A stretch of 61,149 bases of DNA, the filler included, from Jimgerdemannia flammicorona (lineage: Eukaryota), in assembly GCA_003990765.1 (NCBI GenBank). It is 3 parts of 3 records of this genome, joined end to end, with 100 filler letters (N's around TTAATTAATTAA, not from the genome) between each part and the next. Parts side by side here need not be neighbours in the genome. Positions count along the whole stretch, not along the records: positions 1 to 20,320 come from RBNJ01001711.1; 2 more parts are not named here. The stretch is one strand, 5' to 3'. The position numbers were made by a program, and so were the translations under genes. How positions within the stretch are numbered: position 1 is the stretch's first letter; the number at the start of each line of letters is the position of its first letter. Positions 1-14,789 of the stretch are shown piece by piece. The notes below the pieces were generated by a model. The model worked only from the letters and a program-made list of their open reading frames with translations, ran no database searches and had not been told where the DNA came from.

Positions 1-330
1 TTTTGTTGTTTTTTTTTTTTTTTTTTTGCTAAACCTTATACTATAGGGATACAGGAGTTCGGGCAAAGTAACTGTCATATATTGTGTGAGGTCATGGCTT
101 TTTTTTTTTTAAACAGACTCAATGTCTTACAGATTCTTATTGGAAGAGAACCTAGTTAAAACTCTCTCTCACTCTTATTCTAAATATTATACTCTCTTAA
201 CCTATGTCCAGCAGCTTGACTATATCAGATACAGTAGGACTTATGTTAGTCTATATCTCATTCTGTATATCATACTCTTCTTACCACTAGGGAAAAGGCA
301 ATTATATATTAATACCTGAAAACATATATC
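1..330 (-). mobile_element. Two stacked short 3' ends of non-LTR retrotransposons (poly-A tails)
   Basis: Poly-T runs at 1-27 and 99-110. The second is followed by 'aacagactc...ttattggaagagaacctag', also seen after the poly-T at 29778 and in similar form at 20133. Confidence 0.55.
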
Positions 331-379
331 TGAAATCCTAATATATATACAAAATTATATTAAAGCTAAATAGTAAAGT

Positions 380-383
<4 letters not shown>

Positions 384-418
<35 letters not shown>

Positions 419-2490
419 GTCACTTGAACTCATCCTTTATTACACCCATCTACCTCATATAAATACAATGAACCCACCCCCTATCCAATCCCCCTAGGGG
501 GGCCCCTCCCCCCTATCTCTTCTCAATGGAATACTACTCTATCGAATACAATTCTCACCCTCTCATTGCTCTGTTTGTATATTCTTACCACCAAACCATG
601 CCACTGCCCCTCTGAAGGACTCCAACCAGTCCACCATCTAGTCAACAGATCCCCCAACAGCTCCTCTCACCTTACAACCTTCTCCTGTAGGCTCATCTAC
701 CACCCCTCCTCAAATACAAAAAGTCAATGTCCCACCAGACCCACCCAAACTGCTAATATCTACCCAACAGTGAGCCAACTATTACCCACTCCTCCTACCA
801 GCTGAGATCTTAAGTTCTTCTAGCAATCTCCTTCACCTGCTAGTCTGCACTCCACACCCAGTCTATTCTCTATTTCAACCCAAAAGTTCCCCAAAACCTC
901 ACACTCCCCCAGCCAATATTTCAGCATCTGCACTAAACCCCCAGCTTGCCCTACATTATAATACTCCTCACAGTCAAAACAGCCACCATCCACCAGATAC
1001 CTGGTGTGGAAATTCAACATGATATTTCTCCGCAGCACTCACCACCACACTACCCAGAACTTGGGGGGAAGCCACTGCCTCACCTCAGTACTTTAAGACC
1101 AGATATCTGCCCAGTCCTACTTCTCGCTGATCCTGACTACCTGCCAACCACTTGGCCAAAGGTCCCAGCCAAGACCCTGCTGATAATTCACTCTATCCCC
1201 AATATTAAAAGTAACAAGTGGAGTACCCCCCAGAAGCAGTCTATCTCATCGCCATATATAAGGACTCCACAACACCTCTCTCTTATTGCCTTGTCAGCAC
1301 AGACCAATTTGGTATACTCCATCAATCACTCTCCACCAAAAGCCCTTAAATTGTAGCCACCAAATTCCATTGAGCCCTATCAAAGAGAGTAAATCTCCTG
1401 AGAACCCTTGGGGGGAGGTTTTTATCTTCTACACCTTCTGCATCAGAAGTACCCAACCCCCTCCCTGTAGTTCAGCTACTCTCTTCAGCCACCAGGCCTG
1501 CAAGCAGTACAACCTCTTAGAGAAATCCACAAGACCAAGACCTCTCCTGTCCACTGGTGTCACAAGAGTATTCCAACTGATCTGGGACCTCCTCCCTATA
1601 CAAATCCAATCTCTAGCCACCTTTGTCAGCCTCTTTACCACTCAAGCTAGGAAGTCAAGGTGGTATGCCACATACTACAGCTTGGGAAACCAGTATGTAT
1701 TCAAAATTGATACCTGCCCTACTAGAGAGATATAGCAGCCTCCCCAACCTCGAAGGGCCTCCCCCCAAATCACCACTCTGCTCTCCCACCATACTCATGA
1801 CAAGACAGAACTATATATAGAGAGGAAGATGCCCAGATACCATATCACCTCACCAGTAGAGATAATTGTTCCAATGATATCTCCACCCACCAGTCTATTC
1901 TCTAGCATCATAGTCTCACACTTATGCCAGTTGAGCTTTGCCTCAGAGTAGACCTCATACCATTCCACTGTCTCCTTAAGTACCTTGACATCCGCCACAG
2001 ACCCAAGGCCAATCACTATATCATCTACAAAGGCCCCCACCTTTCACACTATATTATAGATAGAGAGCTCCACCACCTTCTGGCAAATCCTATCCATTAA
2101 TGGTTCTAATAAAAGAGCATAAAGAATAGGAGATAAGGGATCCCCCTAAGGAACCCCTCTTCTCAAGGTAAATGCCTGATCATAGTGACCATTATACATC
2201 AGTACTGTCTGACTGCCCTCAAGCAGATTCACTATAGAAGCCCGAAATCCAGGAGGAATACCAATATGATCCAACACCTTGCCCAGCCAAACCTGCTGGA
2301 CCCAGTCATAGACCTTCTCCTGATCCAAAAAGACCAGCCTTCTATCCAGGCTGCAAGCCCGGGCCCCTTCAATGACACCATGCACTCAAGCAGTCCCATC
2401 TCTAATAAGCCTGCCTCCAACAAAGCCCCACTGCTCCTCCCTCAGCATCTATTGGGCAACCTTCTGCAGCCTTGTGACAACCACCTTAGT
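384..2490 (-). mobile_element. 5'-truncated L1-like non-LTR retrotransposon (RT C-terminal half, decayed)
   Basis: Poly-T tail at 383-416. Flanking TSD taaatagtaaag(t/c)ctct at 367-383 and 2491-2507. Minus-strand motifs LDQEKVYD, GVP*GDPLSP, FVDD, YLG, RRGLGL. Confidence 0.9.
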
Positions 2491-2769
2491 TAAATAGTAA
2501 AGCCTCTATTATCTCAAATAGAGTAATAGATAAAAAAAAAAACCTCACTAATATTATATTATTTTTAGTTTTTAAATTTATTATAGTTTAAATATAAATG
2601 ATATTAAAGCTATTTTTTAACTAGTAATAAAATAAGATTAGAGCTTTTAACTATATTAGTTTTGTCTTATTTAGATAATTATATATATAGTTATTTTTTT
2701 TTTTTTATTTTTTTTTTTATAGTTACTTGGACTTAGCCATTTATTACCAATCTATATATATATTTACAA

Positions 2770-5700
2770 TATCTCTATCTCTTATCCAATTCTCATAGAG
2801 GAGCCTCTCTCTTCTTCCACTTTTTCATACTTGAAAATTACTCTGTCTTCTATGACCTTCACTCTCTCCCCACTCTGCCTACAAATCTTCTCTACTAAAT
2901 GATACTGCTGACTACCCTGTAGGCCCCACCCATGCCACCAATCCATCAGAGTATCTTCCATCAGATTCTCTCATTATAACAATTATACCCCTAAATCTAG
3001 ACATTTCTTATTCTCAAACACATATAGTCAGTGGTCTACCAAACTTATCTATACTGCCAGAACTCACTCTAAAGTAAGCCACTCCTTTTCAACCTCTCTC
3101 ACTAGTCTATCCCACAGATCCTCTCACTATTCCCTCATACTATCTCTCCTTTTTACAATATCCAGTCTCTTTTCAACTGCTATCCAGAAGTCACTGAGAA
3201 TCTTACACTCCTCTAGCCAATGTTCAGGTATCTGTACAAAATCTCTTTCCTGTCTAACATTATAGTACTCCTCACAGTCAAGAGTTCTCCCTTCTACCAG
3301 ATGGCCAGAGTGAAAGTTGAGTATGATATTTCTTCTCAATATGTGCTACCAGACTATCTAATACTTCAGTAGCAGCCATTACTGAACCTCAGTGCTCTAG
3401 TTCCAGATCCTGTTCCAGTCTCACACCTACTGACTGCCATCTGCTGGACTACAGATCCTGCCCCAACTCTCTCTGGTATTCTACCCTATTATTAATATTA
3501 AAGTTACCAAGGGGGGTACTCTCCAGCAATACTTAGTCCATCTCCACATCACTGGGCTCCAAGGTCTATCACTTTTATCTCTCTGTCAATGAATGCCAAT
3601 ATGGTGTGCCCTATTAGTAACTCCCCACCAGAAGCCCTTAAACTGCATATATTTATTATTTTAAAGTCTAACCAAGGACAGGAGATCTCCTATAGAACCT
3701 CTTAGCAAGGATCTCATCTTCTAGATCTTCTTCAGCAGAGGAATCCAGCTGCCTCTCTTCAGCTCAATTACTCTCTTCAGCCACCATACTCTCAGGTAGT
3801 GTAACCTCTTTGAGAAGTCAACCAGCCCAAGTCTCCCTCTAGTCACCAGTAGAGACAAAATTTCCCAGCTAATCTGACTCCTTCTCTCTGTCCAGATCCA
3901 CCCCTTGGCCAGTTTCAGTAGTCTCTTTACCACTTATGCCAAGAAGTCCAGATGGTATATCAGGTACTACAACTTCAGCAGCCAGTAAGTATTCAAGATG
4001 GAAACTCACCTCACCAGAGATAAGTGGTGGCCTCCCCAGCTTTGCAGAGCTTCTCCCCAGATATTCATCTATTGCTCCCACCAGTATTTTGAAAGAATGG
4101 ATCTATATATAGATAAATAGATACCTAAGTACCTCACTATCTCTCCAGCAGGGACAATTGTTTCAATGACCTCCCCCCCTACCAGTCCATTACCCAGTAC
4201 TATTGTTTCACACTTATGCCAATTGAGTTTATCCCCAGAGTACTCCTCATACCACTCTACAGTCTCTTTGAGCTTCTTTACATTAGCAATTGAACCCAGG
4301 CCAACCACTATATCATCTACAAAAGTACTAACTTTTCACTCAATGCTATAAATTAAAAGCCCTCCTATCTTCTACAGAATTCTATCCATTAGGGGCTCCA
4401 AGGAGAGAGTATACAAAATGGGGGACAGTAGGTCCCTCTGGGAAATACCTCTACTCAGAGAGAAAGCCACTCCTCAATGTCCATTATACATGAGTGCCAC
4501 CCTGCTTCTTTCTAGTAGGCTGACCATTGCTGCTTGGAACTAATGGGAGACTCCAATCCTGTCCAATACTTTTGCCAACCAGACTCTCCAAACATGGTTG
4601 TATGTCTTCTCCTAATTTAAGAAAACTAGGCACCCATCCAGTCCACAGGCCCTTATCTCTTCAATAATATCATATACCTAAGCTATGCCATCCCTAATAA
4701 GTCAGCCTTCAACAAATCTCTGCTGCTCTTCCCCCAAGACCTGCTGAGCCACCTTCTGCAGCCTCACTACTACCACCTTAGTAATCAACTTTCTGTTCAT
4801 ATTCAGAAATATGATCAGCCTCCAGTTCCTCCAGTCCTCCCTCCTTCTCTTGTTTTTATACAGCAATATCACCAGCCCCAAATTCTGCTCCCCTATCCAT
4901 CTTCCTGACTGCAGTACCAAATCACAAAGTGCTCTTAGTTCTCCCAGTATACTAGAGATATCTACCATCTTCTTCCAGAATATCCAGGGCAGCCCATCCT
5001 CCCCTGGTGCTGTACCCAATATAGTTGCAGCAAGAACCTGGAAAATCTTCTCCTCCTGCACTGGCATTATCAGGTTACCCAGCCCTTCTGCCTGTAGTAG
5101 GTACCAATCCTCCAAGGCAGTACCAATGGAGGCACCATCAGCCCCACCCTCCTCCTCACTCTACAAGCCACTCTACTTCTCCTTCAGAGACCCAAGAATG
5201 TCTTATATGCTATATACCAGTATTCCCTCAGAATCAAGAACCCCCTCCTACTTCTGCTGAACCCTCCTCACCCAAAGGGCCCTTGTGAGAAACTTAGAAG
5301 GCCTCTCTCCTTCCTCTAGCCCCTGTTAATGGAGACATGCTACCATACTCTGCACCTGTGCTTTCTCCTTCTCTCATAATACCTGTTGCAGCTCCATAAC
5401 CTCCTTCCTTATCCAAAGCAATCTTCAATCCTTCACCCTCTCTAAGGCTACCAGACCTGTCCAATCTTTCAACAGCCTCATCAATCTAGTAGAGGCCCAT
5501 GTCTTCTTCTTCCTTCTCTGTCTCCCAGCCTCCACACCTGCCTCCCTCCAATAAACCCTAGCAGCCTCCTTCAGCCTCATCTATTAAATACTAACTGAGG
5601 CCCCTTTCTCTATCCACTCCTCTACTCTCTGCTAAATGTCCTCAGCCCACTTGTCTCACAGTATCTCATCATCTACCAGAGAGGAGTTGAGGCACCAATG

Positions 5701-6432
5701 TCCTGGTCCATCCCCACTTCTCCCAAAATGTCTCTGTCCCAGCAGTCCCCAATGATCAGACCACAGATACTATTCTGTCTTCAGAGACCTTCAAACATCC
5801 AGACTCCAGCAGTCTGCTGTCAAAATCCAGTCAACTCTCATCTCCAGATTACTCACCCAATGAGTATATACCCTTCTGTCACCCCACAGCTCTCTACCAG
5901 CATCCACCAAAGAACTCAGTCTCTCTACCTCCTCCCATATCTCCAAACCTCCACTCCTACCCTCCACCCCCCACCCTCCATCAGTTCTATCCAACAATAT
6001 ATCCCTGACTATATTAAAGTCTCCTTCAAGTATATCCACTATAGCTCCTACTAGAGTCCCTTCCTCCTGTAGACCTTTCACCCATTCTACCCATTCACCC
6101 CTCACTGCAGGACAATAGTAGGATCTAACCATAACTAGTTTCTACTCAGTATAAATCTACTCACCCCAGATCAGTCTGTCTTCTCAGTTCTGTATATCCC
6201 ATATCTCCTCTCTACCCTTTCTGATCAGAATCCCAACCTTGCTCTTTCAAATTACTTCTCCTCTCCATTCCTTTGTCTATTCTAGTTTATCTAAATTATC
6301 CTCATATTTGACATTCTGCAAAAGAAAGAGATTGGCCTCCAATCTCTTCAATCAAGCAAAAATATTCTATCAATATAATGAATCCTGGAGCCTATTCACA
6401 TTTAAAGAGAAAATATTGATTGTACTATTCAT
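2770..6432 (-). pseudogene. L1-like ORF2 (APE endonuclease + reverse transcriptase), many stops
   Basis: Starts MNSTINIFSLNVN. APE motifs LEGDFN, RVDWIL, SDH. RT motifs APGEDG, NWRLI, FVDD, YLG. 3' coordinate approximate. Confidence 0.85.
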
Positions 6433-6463
6433 AATGAATAATGTATAATAGTACTCATATTCT

Positions 6464-8481
6464 CTACTGCTCCATATTCATCTTCTCCTGAGCCAGGTCC
6501 AGATTATATCCTACTGCTACTACTTCCTCTTCAGTCCTCTTAGTCTCCAGTCCAACCAGAAGTTCTGCAAGCTCCCCATCCTCCTTCTCCTTGAATTCCT
6601 CATAATATTCCAGGCAGGTCTCCTGCCAGAGCTGTAACCCATACTGCTCTGCCCAACAGAAAGCAGTCCTCTCACTAGCAGCAACTACCAGCCTAGCCTC
6701 TCTCTCCTTATCAACCTCATACCCTTTCTTCTCCAAGAAAACTGTAAGAATATCTGCCTTCAGTGCCTCCACTACACCCTCACCATGCAGGATATATGCC
6801 CAATGCTCATCACTCATTACTTGTAGATCCACCTCCCCCAATTCCTCTGCTGCAAAGTTATTCATCATTCTGTATATCTATAGTAGATTCTGCACCTCCT
6901 TTCTCCCAGGGGTCACTGGCTGCCCTCTATCCAGCATTGAAATATTGGCCCCTACACTCATAGCCTCATCCCACTTCTCCTTCTAAATATCTATCAGTTC
7001 ATCCTCACCCACCACTACTATCTACCCCCCCTTCACTATCTCCAGAACTCTAAAGTATACTCTCTGGGCTCTCCCCATGAGCATATCCTCCACCACTCTG
7101 CCCCTTGAAGCTGGACCTCTTCTAATAAGTAGTATAGGAGTTAGGGAAGACTCTCAGACCTCAAAGGTACTATTTATATAAGAGTTATTTCTCTTCTCCT
7201 CCTCTCTCCCTTCTGGTCCCTTCTCTGTATTCTCTTTATCCTCACCGGTCCAGATATTCACCTTGGCTCCTTCTATGATTTCAATACCACCAGTATTCTT
7301 TTTTGTCCTACTGTCCAGTTTCACCAATAGCTCTCTCTGCCTCTTGCATCTTTGAGATTGTTCCCACTACCTCTTATCTACCTGAATTCTCTTTCCATCC
7401 ACTACTTTTAAATACATTAACTTGACATATATCTTCCAAGCCTTCATCCTCCACTTTACAGCATCACTCAGCTCTTTCAGTATCTTTAACAGATCCTCTT
7501 CTTCCTCCTTACTCCCCTTCACCCTCATCACCTTGCACAAGAAAACCCCCCAGACCATTACTAAAGGCCAGTCCCTAGCTTTCTCAGTAGCTTCCTTTCC
7601 TGCTAACTAAATATGAATGTCAATATCCCCAGTTCTAAATGAGGTCCCCTCTCAGACCTGGAACTCAATATTGACCATCTCACTATACTCAGTTATAACT
7701 TCTATGATTCTTCTCCTTATCTCCTCAGCAGCCACCATAGACACCCCCTTCACCAGCAGCTGCACCACTCTGGGATCCTACCTCAAGCAATATGCTATTG
7801 GAATATATGTATATCTCTCCAACTGTCAGTCCTACCCTAAGAGCCTCCTCCAATGGTCCAGTCTCCTCAAAGCCAACCTCTACTCCTTCCAGTCTCTTCA
7901 GAAACTTCACAGATACCACTTCAGCCACCTGCTTGGCAATCAGCCCCAGGACTATTTTTGCCATCACCACTAAGCCCTAAAAATACAAGATGATAGTGAA
8001 CTCTAAGATCAACTTCTTGAGTAATAGTGCCACTGCCAGTTCTATTATACTATCAGTCAGATCACTAGACCTCATTTCTTTTCCACTGCTTGGTCCACCA
8101 TCAGCAGTTCTATCTAGATTTTTTTCCTGATCACCTGTCATGCTTCCATCAGCAGTCACCTCCTTAGCTCCTACTCCACCAGCTTCACTACTTCAGTCCC
8201 TCAGAGAAACTCCCCCTTGAGGCTGCTGCCCTGTAGTCTTTACCATCTCCTTATCTCTCCTAAGTTAGCTCTCTAATCTAGCTCTCTACTAATCTCTCTT
8301 CCACAAAACTTGCCCTCTCTGTCTCCTGACCTCCAGTACTGCTCTCTCCTCTACTATGTCTACCTGTCAACAGGTCTCTCATGCTTTCCCCCAAGCTAGA
8401 GCTCCTCTCTACATACTATCAGTTGAATGCACCCAGACTACTCTGCCCAATACATACCTCAGAATACTCAATGGTTGCCAT
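6464..8481 (-). pseudogene. L1-like ORF1, decayed
   Basis: Interrupted charged reading frame directly upstream of ORF2 (fragments 6464-6868, 7367-7558, 7725-7970). Homologous to 48531-49816. Confidence 0.7.
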
Positions 8482-8854
8482 GATACTAGTAGCTTTTCTC
8501 CAGAAACTATGTCAAAAATATTGTCAAAAGGTTGTATAATCTGAATATTACTAGAGAAAAAACTGTTCAGACTTATATATATATATAGTTATTATCTTTT
8601 AAAGTTATATTAATCATTAATATACTTATAATCCTGATGGTACTAAAAATTCCTCACTATTGTTTTATGTACTCTTAGTATTTTTAAAAAAAAAATTGAT
8701 TGAGGTTTCACTTTTTATCCTTTCTCTATCTCTGATATACTTCAGATATACAAAAGCTTTTTAAAACTATTTATAACTATATGATCTATAAACTACATTC
8801 TAGTATATTTGTATATAAAATTGCTAAGAATATAGATATTAAAATGATAATAAT

Positions 8855-9310
8855 TAGTACTCCAAACAAGTCAGTTCAAACCAGTTCAAATTGTGACTAT
8901 TTCTGATTCAAACTGATTTAAATTAATCATATGATCAATTTGAATCACTAAATTTGAATTATTAAATTCAAATTATCAGATTTGAATTACCTGATTTAAA
9001 TCTCATAAATAAATGAAACTTATTATATAATTTACTTATATATATAAATAGAGGAATATGAGAGAAAAATATTTATAGATATATTCATAAATATAAATAT
9101 GAATATATATATATATATATATATACTCACACACATACATATTATATCAATATCAATATCAACAGATTAATTATCAATATTTTCCAATACTGATAATACT
9201 TCAAGTTAGACTTCTTCTTTAAATAATATTTCATGCTATACTCCTCATTTCAAAGTTTGGCAATGCTATATCAAAACTGGGGAAAATGAAATTACTTGTA
9301 AGTATTGTAG

Positions 9311-9351
<41 letters not shown>

Positions 9352-11090
9352 ACTTATAATTGCATTGAATATATTTATAGTTTATTTGATATAAATATAA
9401 AAATTTTAAAATATAGGTAGAAATATAAAATATATAGTAGTTCTAATAAATATGATAAAGTATATAAAGACTCAATATTTAGATAAAATAGAGTTAAATA
9501 TAGTATCAAGTAAAATTGATATTCTGGCTATAGTAAGTAAGTGATCTTCTTTTTATTTTAGTATAAATTTGAAAATATATCTTTTATACTTAAAAAAAAA
9601 CCCCTCCAAATTTAGCCATATTTTGTCTTAGAGTTTCAAAATCAACTTATTTATTAAATTATATATAATGATCAATCATTTACAACAATTGAGAGTACTT
9701 CTTTATAAAGTCTCTTTGGTCTTCTCAAGTCTGATTTATACACCCCAAGTACTGATACTATTTATAATAATAATATGGAGGCTTATAAAAAAGAATATAA
9801 TAATTTCTGTCAAAAGCTTCAGATAAAATATTAGTAATATTAAGAATGTTATTAAATTAATTATAGTTACTAACTATATTTTAAATTTTACTATAGAGTG
9901 TTATGGATAAAATTTTATTTACAATTGATGTCTGGACATCTCTCAATATTATTTTATTTCTCAGTATTACTGGACATTGAATTAATTCTAATTGGTAGCT
10001 TCAAACTCTTACTCTTGACTTTGTAAAGCTTGAGAGTCCTCACTCTAGAGAAAATATTACAGAAGTATTTATAAACTGTATTCATGAGCTTGGAATTATA
10101 ACTAAGGTATAGGAGCTTTTTATTTTTAAACTAATATAAAAAGAGAATGAAAAAAAAAAAAAAGCTTTTTACTTTTAATTATTAACTACTTTCTATATAA
10201 TTTTATATATTACAATTTTGAAATATAGATATTAGTCATTATAACAGATAATGCCTCCAACAATATCACATTTCTCCACATTTCAGCAACAAAACTTCAA
10301 TAAGAAAATGTAATCTTTAATACCAAAAATAACCATATACAGTGTCAAGCCCATGTTCTGAATCTTGCTGCTCAAGATTATCTCATACAACTATTTGGTG
10401 ACTGGAGTGAAACTAGCAAAAACTCTAATACTATTTTAAAGTTATATAAATTAATTATTACAATTTAATCATCACTACTATAGTGATTATTACAATTCAA
10501 TCATCACTACTATGGTAAAAAAAACTTACTGAACAGTGTAAAGCAATCTCTCTCAATCTAAAAGAACTTATTTTAGATATTAGTACATATTGAAATTCAA
10601 TATTTGTAATGATTGAATGAGCTCTAATACTTGCTATAGTATGTAAGTTATTAATGATAATATTATATAATAGGATTTAACTTATTCAAACATATATAAT
10701 TTAGATACTAGATTCTATAGCTACTATTAATAAAGATATGTAAGATATAGTAATTGAAGAAAATGAGTGGACAAAATTAAGAAAAGTTGTTAAAGTTTTA
10801 AAGATGAGTAAAAAGATATTTATTAGTATTTTTTCAGATTTAGTTTTACTTTACTCATCTTTTTTTATACTTTTACTCTTTATTTTCCTTTAGCATTTTA
10901 ATGAATATATAAAAGAAGTTATTTGGCAAAAGTTTTCAATAATATATTCTACAATTCTGGTATATAATTTTTTAATTGATCAACTTGAAGACCTACTAAA
11001 CTTATTAGAAAATAAAGATACATCTTTCTATAAAAGATTAAGAAAAATTTGAGAACTCAGCTTAATTATATAGTAAAACTAAGCTCTAAA
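8855..11090 (+). mobile_element. 3'-truncated hAT DNA transposon (related subfamily) with intron-containing transposase relic
   Basis: 5' TIR tagtactccaaac and subterminal ttcaaa repeats. Translated relics FTIDVWTS...ITGH, ITDNASNN, HIQCQAHVLNLAAQ. No right TIR found; right boundary approximate. Confidence 0.75.
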
Positions 11091-12084
11091 TCTTGAGAAG
11101 ACTCTACTAAGACCTCAAAAAGAGAAAGAGATAAAAAATTATCTTAAGAATATCTTATTTAAATAAAACTCTATAAGCTTTTTAGGAAAAAAACAGCAAA
11201 ACTAAAAATCAGTCTATTTTCTCTATACTACTAGTGAGAAATAAAATATAGATATTTAAGAAGATTCTATTGAAGGAAATTCTCCAGTACTGATTAATGT
11301 CAGAATTACTTCTAGTATATAATATTAAATATATAATCTTTTAATATACAAATTCAATACATTAGATAACTATATTACAAGTATGCTACTTTCTGAAAAA
11401 ATACATATTTCTGAACTTTTGGCCATCCAAATAGTGTACCAAAATAAGAAAACTCAATGAAAATATTAAAACTAAGAAAAATTATTTAATAAGAATATTA
11501 AATCTTAAAGAGGAGATAATATAATAAAATTACACTCCAATATCACATAAAATGATATAATCAAGCTGAAATTATCAGATTTATATCATCAGTAAGGTTA
11601 TATACTAGAAAAATTAAGAATATTAGTAAGATTATAATGATTTTGCACTAATTTTAGCTCTCTTCAACCAGTGATATCATAGTAGTTACACTAGTCTCTA
11701 CATTAGTTTAGTATATACTCATACTGATATTACTATAAATATATCTCAGAAATAGACTAAGGATATTAAAAATAGCATGAGACTAAATTAATCTATAGCT
11801 ATATTGATGTCATAAACTAAAATAGTCTATAATATTATAGAAACTAGAGTATATTAAAATTAGTTACTGATATCATCAGCTCTCTGATATCAGAAGCTAG
11901 TAAGATCTTCAAGACCAGTAACTTTATAGACTAAACTAAATCATAACAAGCTATGAAATTATGGTTACTATATACTAAAATAGTTTGTTTAGTAAATAAA
12001 TAAAAGATCAGCAAATTGGCTCTTTTTTTTTTTTATAATTATTAGTAAATTGACTCTAAGAAATAATCAACTAACTATTATTCC

Positions 12085-12428
12085 TAGTACTCCCAAATGA
12101 ATTGAATTAATTTGAATTAAATCAAATTGAGAGTTATTTGAATCAAATTCAAATTAAATTGAGAGTTCAATTCAAACCCTATTTTTCAAAATGTAATAAC
12201 TTGATAAAAACATATTCAAAATTAATGATCTTTAGCTTGTTAGATTCTTCTTATATAGGGAAATCTAACAAGCTAAAGATTATTAAATTTGGACATGTTT
12301 TTGTTGAGTTATTACATTTCAAAAAATAGAGTTCAAATTAAATCTTAAATTAAATTAGACCTTTGATTCAATCAAATCAAATTGAATTTGGGTCAAATTC
12401 AATTCAATTCAATTCATTAGAAGTACTA
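12085..12428. mobile_element. hAT-derived MITE, copy 1
   Basis: Termini tagtactcccaa...tagaagtacta. 8-bp TSD attattcc/attatctc. Internal palindrome shared with the other two copies. Confidence 0.85.
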
Positions 12429-13926
12429 ATTATCTCACAAACTCAAAGACACTCCTCCAAAATAAAACTAGATATAAATAAATTATATTCTCCTCTTCTG
12501 AATATATTTACTAAATACTCTAGAATGCTATCTTTGACTATCAACATCAGTTTATCTAAGAATATATTGATATAGATATCTATGACCTTGAGTAGTATCT
12601 ATAAGCTACTGATAAAGTTATATCTAGAATATAATAAGTTACCAGATACTTTATAATATTAAAAAACTACCAGACAGATAGACTTATTATTAGAGGAGAT
12701 ATAAATACTTCAGAGATACTAGATAAATACAATATCTCTATATTTAGATAGTATATTTTGCTCTATATATATTTAGAAAAATGTTCTTTATCTTAGTAGT
12801 ATATAAAGGATAGCTCCTGTCAAAATTAGCAGTCTTAATGATAACAAGTAGAGTTAGACCTTATAAATAACTTTAATCTTCAAAACTACTATAATGATGA
12901 TACTTGGCCTTATGAGAATGAGATATTCAACTCTATTATTGGTCTCTTCTAAGAACTAATTGCATAAGTCTCCATCTCTATTAGTATCTGATTACCTAAT
13001 TATCCCATCTTCTTTAATGTCAGACTAGTCTCTAACTAGTCTTCTATATTATCTGAGACCATAAGGTCAGGAACTAGCTCAGAAGAGCTAACCTATTTCT
13101 CATTTAATATAAAGATAGATGAAAAGTCTCTAACTCCTTATACAGAAGTCTATTACTATTATATAATATAATAAAACACTATATCATAAGTCTCAGTCAA
13201 AATCTAGAACAATTACTTTATAGTTAGCTTGTAAAAATAATATTATTAAATAGTATCATTATGACTTCATAATGATACTATTATAGTATAACTTTTATAT
13301 TATTTCTAGTGACTTTTTATCTTATATTTTTTAGCCAATAGTTAGTCAATATTAAGAGATCTTCAAAATGTATAAATATTTCTAGAGAAATGACTTAAGA
13401 ACTTTGAGAATTTACAGAATATTGAACAAAAGAACAATTAAGACTTAAGTTTATAATATATAAATAAGTCCCAAAATAATCTTCAATAGAAAGACTATAT
13501 CTAAAATTAGATATTTTGAACTCTATAAATACTTAAACTCTAAAGAATCTAAATATAATTCTCAGAACTAGACTATATCTAAAAAAGATATACTAAAGAA
13601 CTTAGACTTTAAAGAATTAAAGTCTATAATTATCAAATTATTATTTAAGTTTATCAGGAGGAGACTAGATCAATTAGAAGTACATATAACAGACAGTACT
13701 TAGATATTAAGACAGCTGCTTTATCAAGCTAAATATATCTAACATAAGTGTCTTTAAGTCATTGATATCAAGGATCATTAACTTAAAGTATATAATTACT
13801 ATAATAGTGAAGATATATTATTATAGCTAAACTATATACTATACTATATCAGAAATCAGATTTAGATATCATAATTAAATATCTATTCTCTGATTGTTAT
13901 TTCTAATTTAGATCAATTGTTATAAT

Positions 13927-14192
13927 TAGTACTTCTAATAAATTAAATCAAAGGTCTAATTTGATTTGAGATTTAATTTGAACCTTATTTTTCAAAATAT
14001 AATAACTCAATGAAAACATATCCAAATTTAATAATCTTTAGTTTGTTAGATTCCTCTATATAAAAGAAATTTAACAAGCTAAAGGTTGGTAATTTGGGAC
14101 ATATTTTTGTTGAGTTATTATATTTTGAAAAATAGAGTTTGAATCAGACTCTCAATTCAATTCAAATTGATTTAATTTATTTGAGAGTACTA
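13927..14192. mobile_element. hAT-derived MITE, copy 2
   Basis: Termini tagtacttctaa...ttgagagtacta. Perfect 8-bp TSD gttataat at 13919-13926 and 14193-14200. Confidence 0.9.
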
Positions 14193-14789
14193 GTTATAAT
14201 TTATAGTCTTTTACTTATAACTAATAGATAAACTAAATATATAATAAAACTCTTAAATAGATATTTAGAAATTATATTTCTTATAAATAAAATAATTAGA
14301 ATTACTATCTAATCCATAGAATCAATATAATAATATAGTCTAATTATCTATTAATCTTTTCTTTTTTATAGTTACTATAATGGTGACCTTAGAATAGTGA
14401 CATTATTATAGAAGACAGTCTTTTCTTATAAGCTATTAGATTAGAGCATAAGAAGATCATATGGTATGACTCACCCAGGCTACAAAATGAGTATAGTACT
14501 CCCAACGAATTGAATTGAGACCCAATTTAATTCAAATCAATTCAAATTGAGGTCTAATTCAATTTAATTCAATTCAAATTAAGGTCCAATTTGATTTAAA
14601 CCTAAAATCAAGTCACAATTCAAATTGAAGTTCGAATTTTGAATTCAATTCAAAATTCAATTCAAAGTTTGAAATTCAAAACTAAATATGGTAATTCAAA
14701 ACTCATATATGATACAACTCACAACAATATATATACAATTAAGCATGTCACAATCAAACATATTGGACATATCTTCTATAGTACCACTT

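Larger units (their letters stand above)
2696..8578 (-). mobile_element. Near full-length L1-like non-LTR retrotransposon, decayed
   Basis: Poly-T tail at ~2695-2718. TSD atatatatagttatt at 2681-2695 and 8579-8593. ORF1 plus APE-RT ORF2. Same family as 384-2490. Confidence 0.9.

Noticed and set aside
566..8544. Numerous plus-strand ORFs over the L1-like elements
   Set aside because: Antisense shadows of purine-rich minus-strand ORF1 and ORF2.
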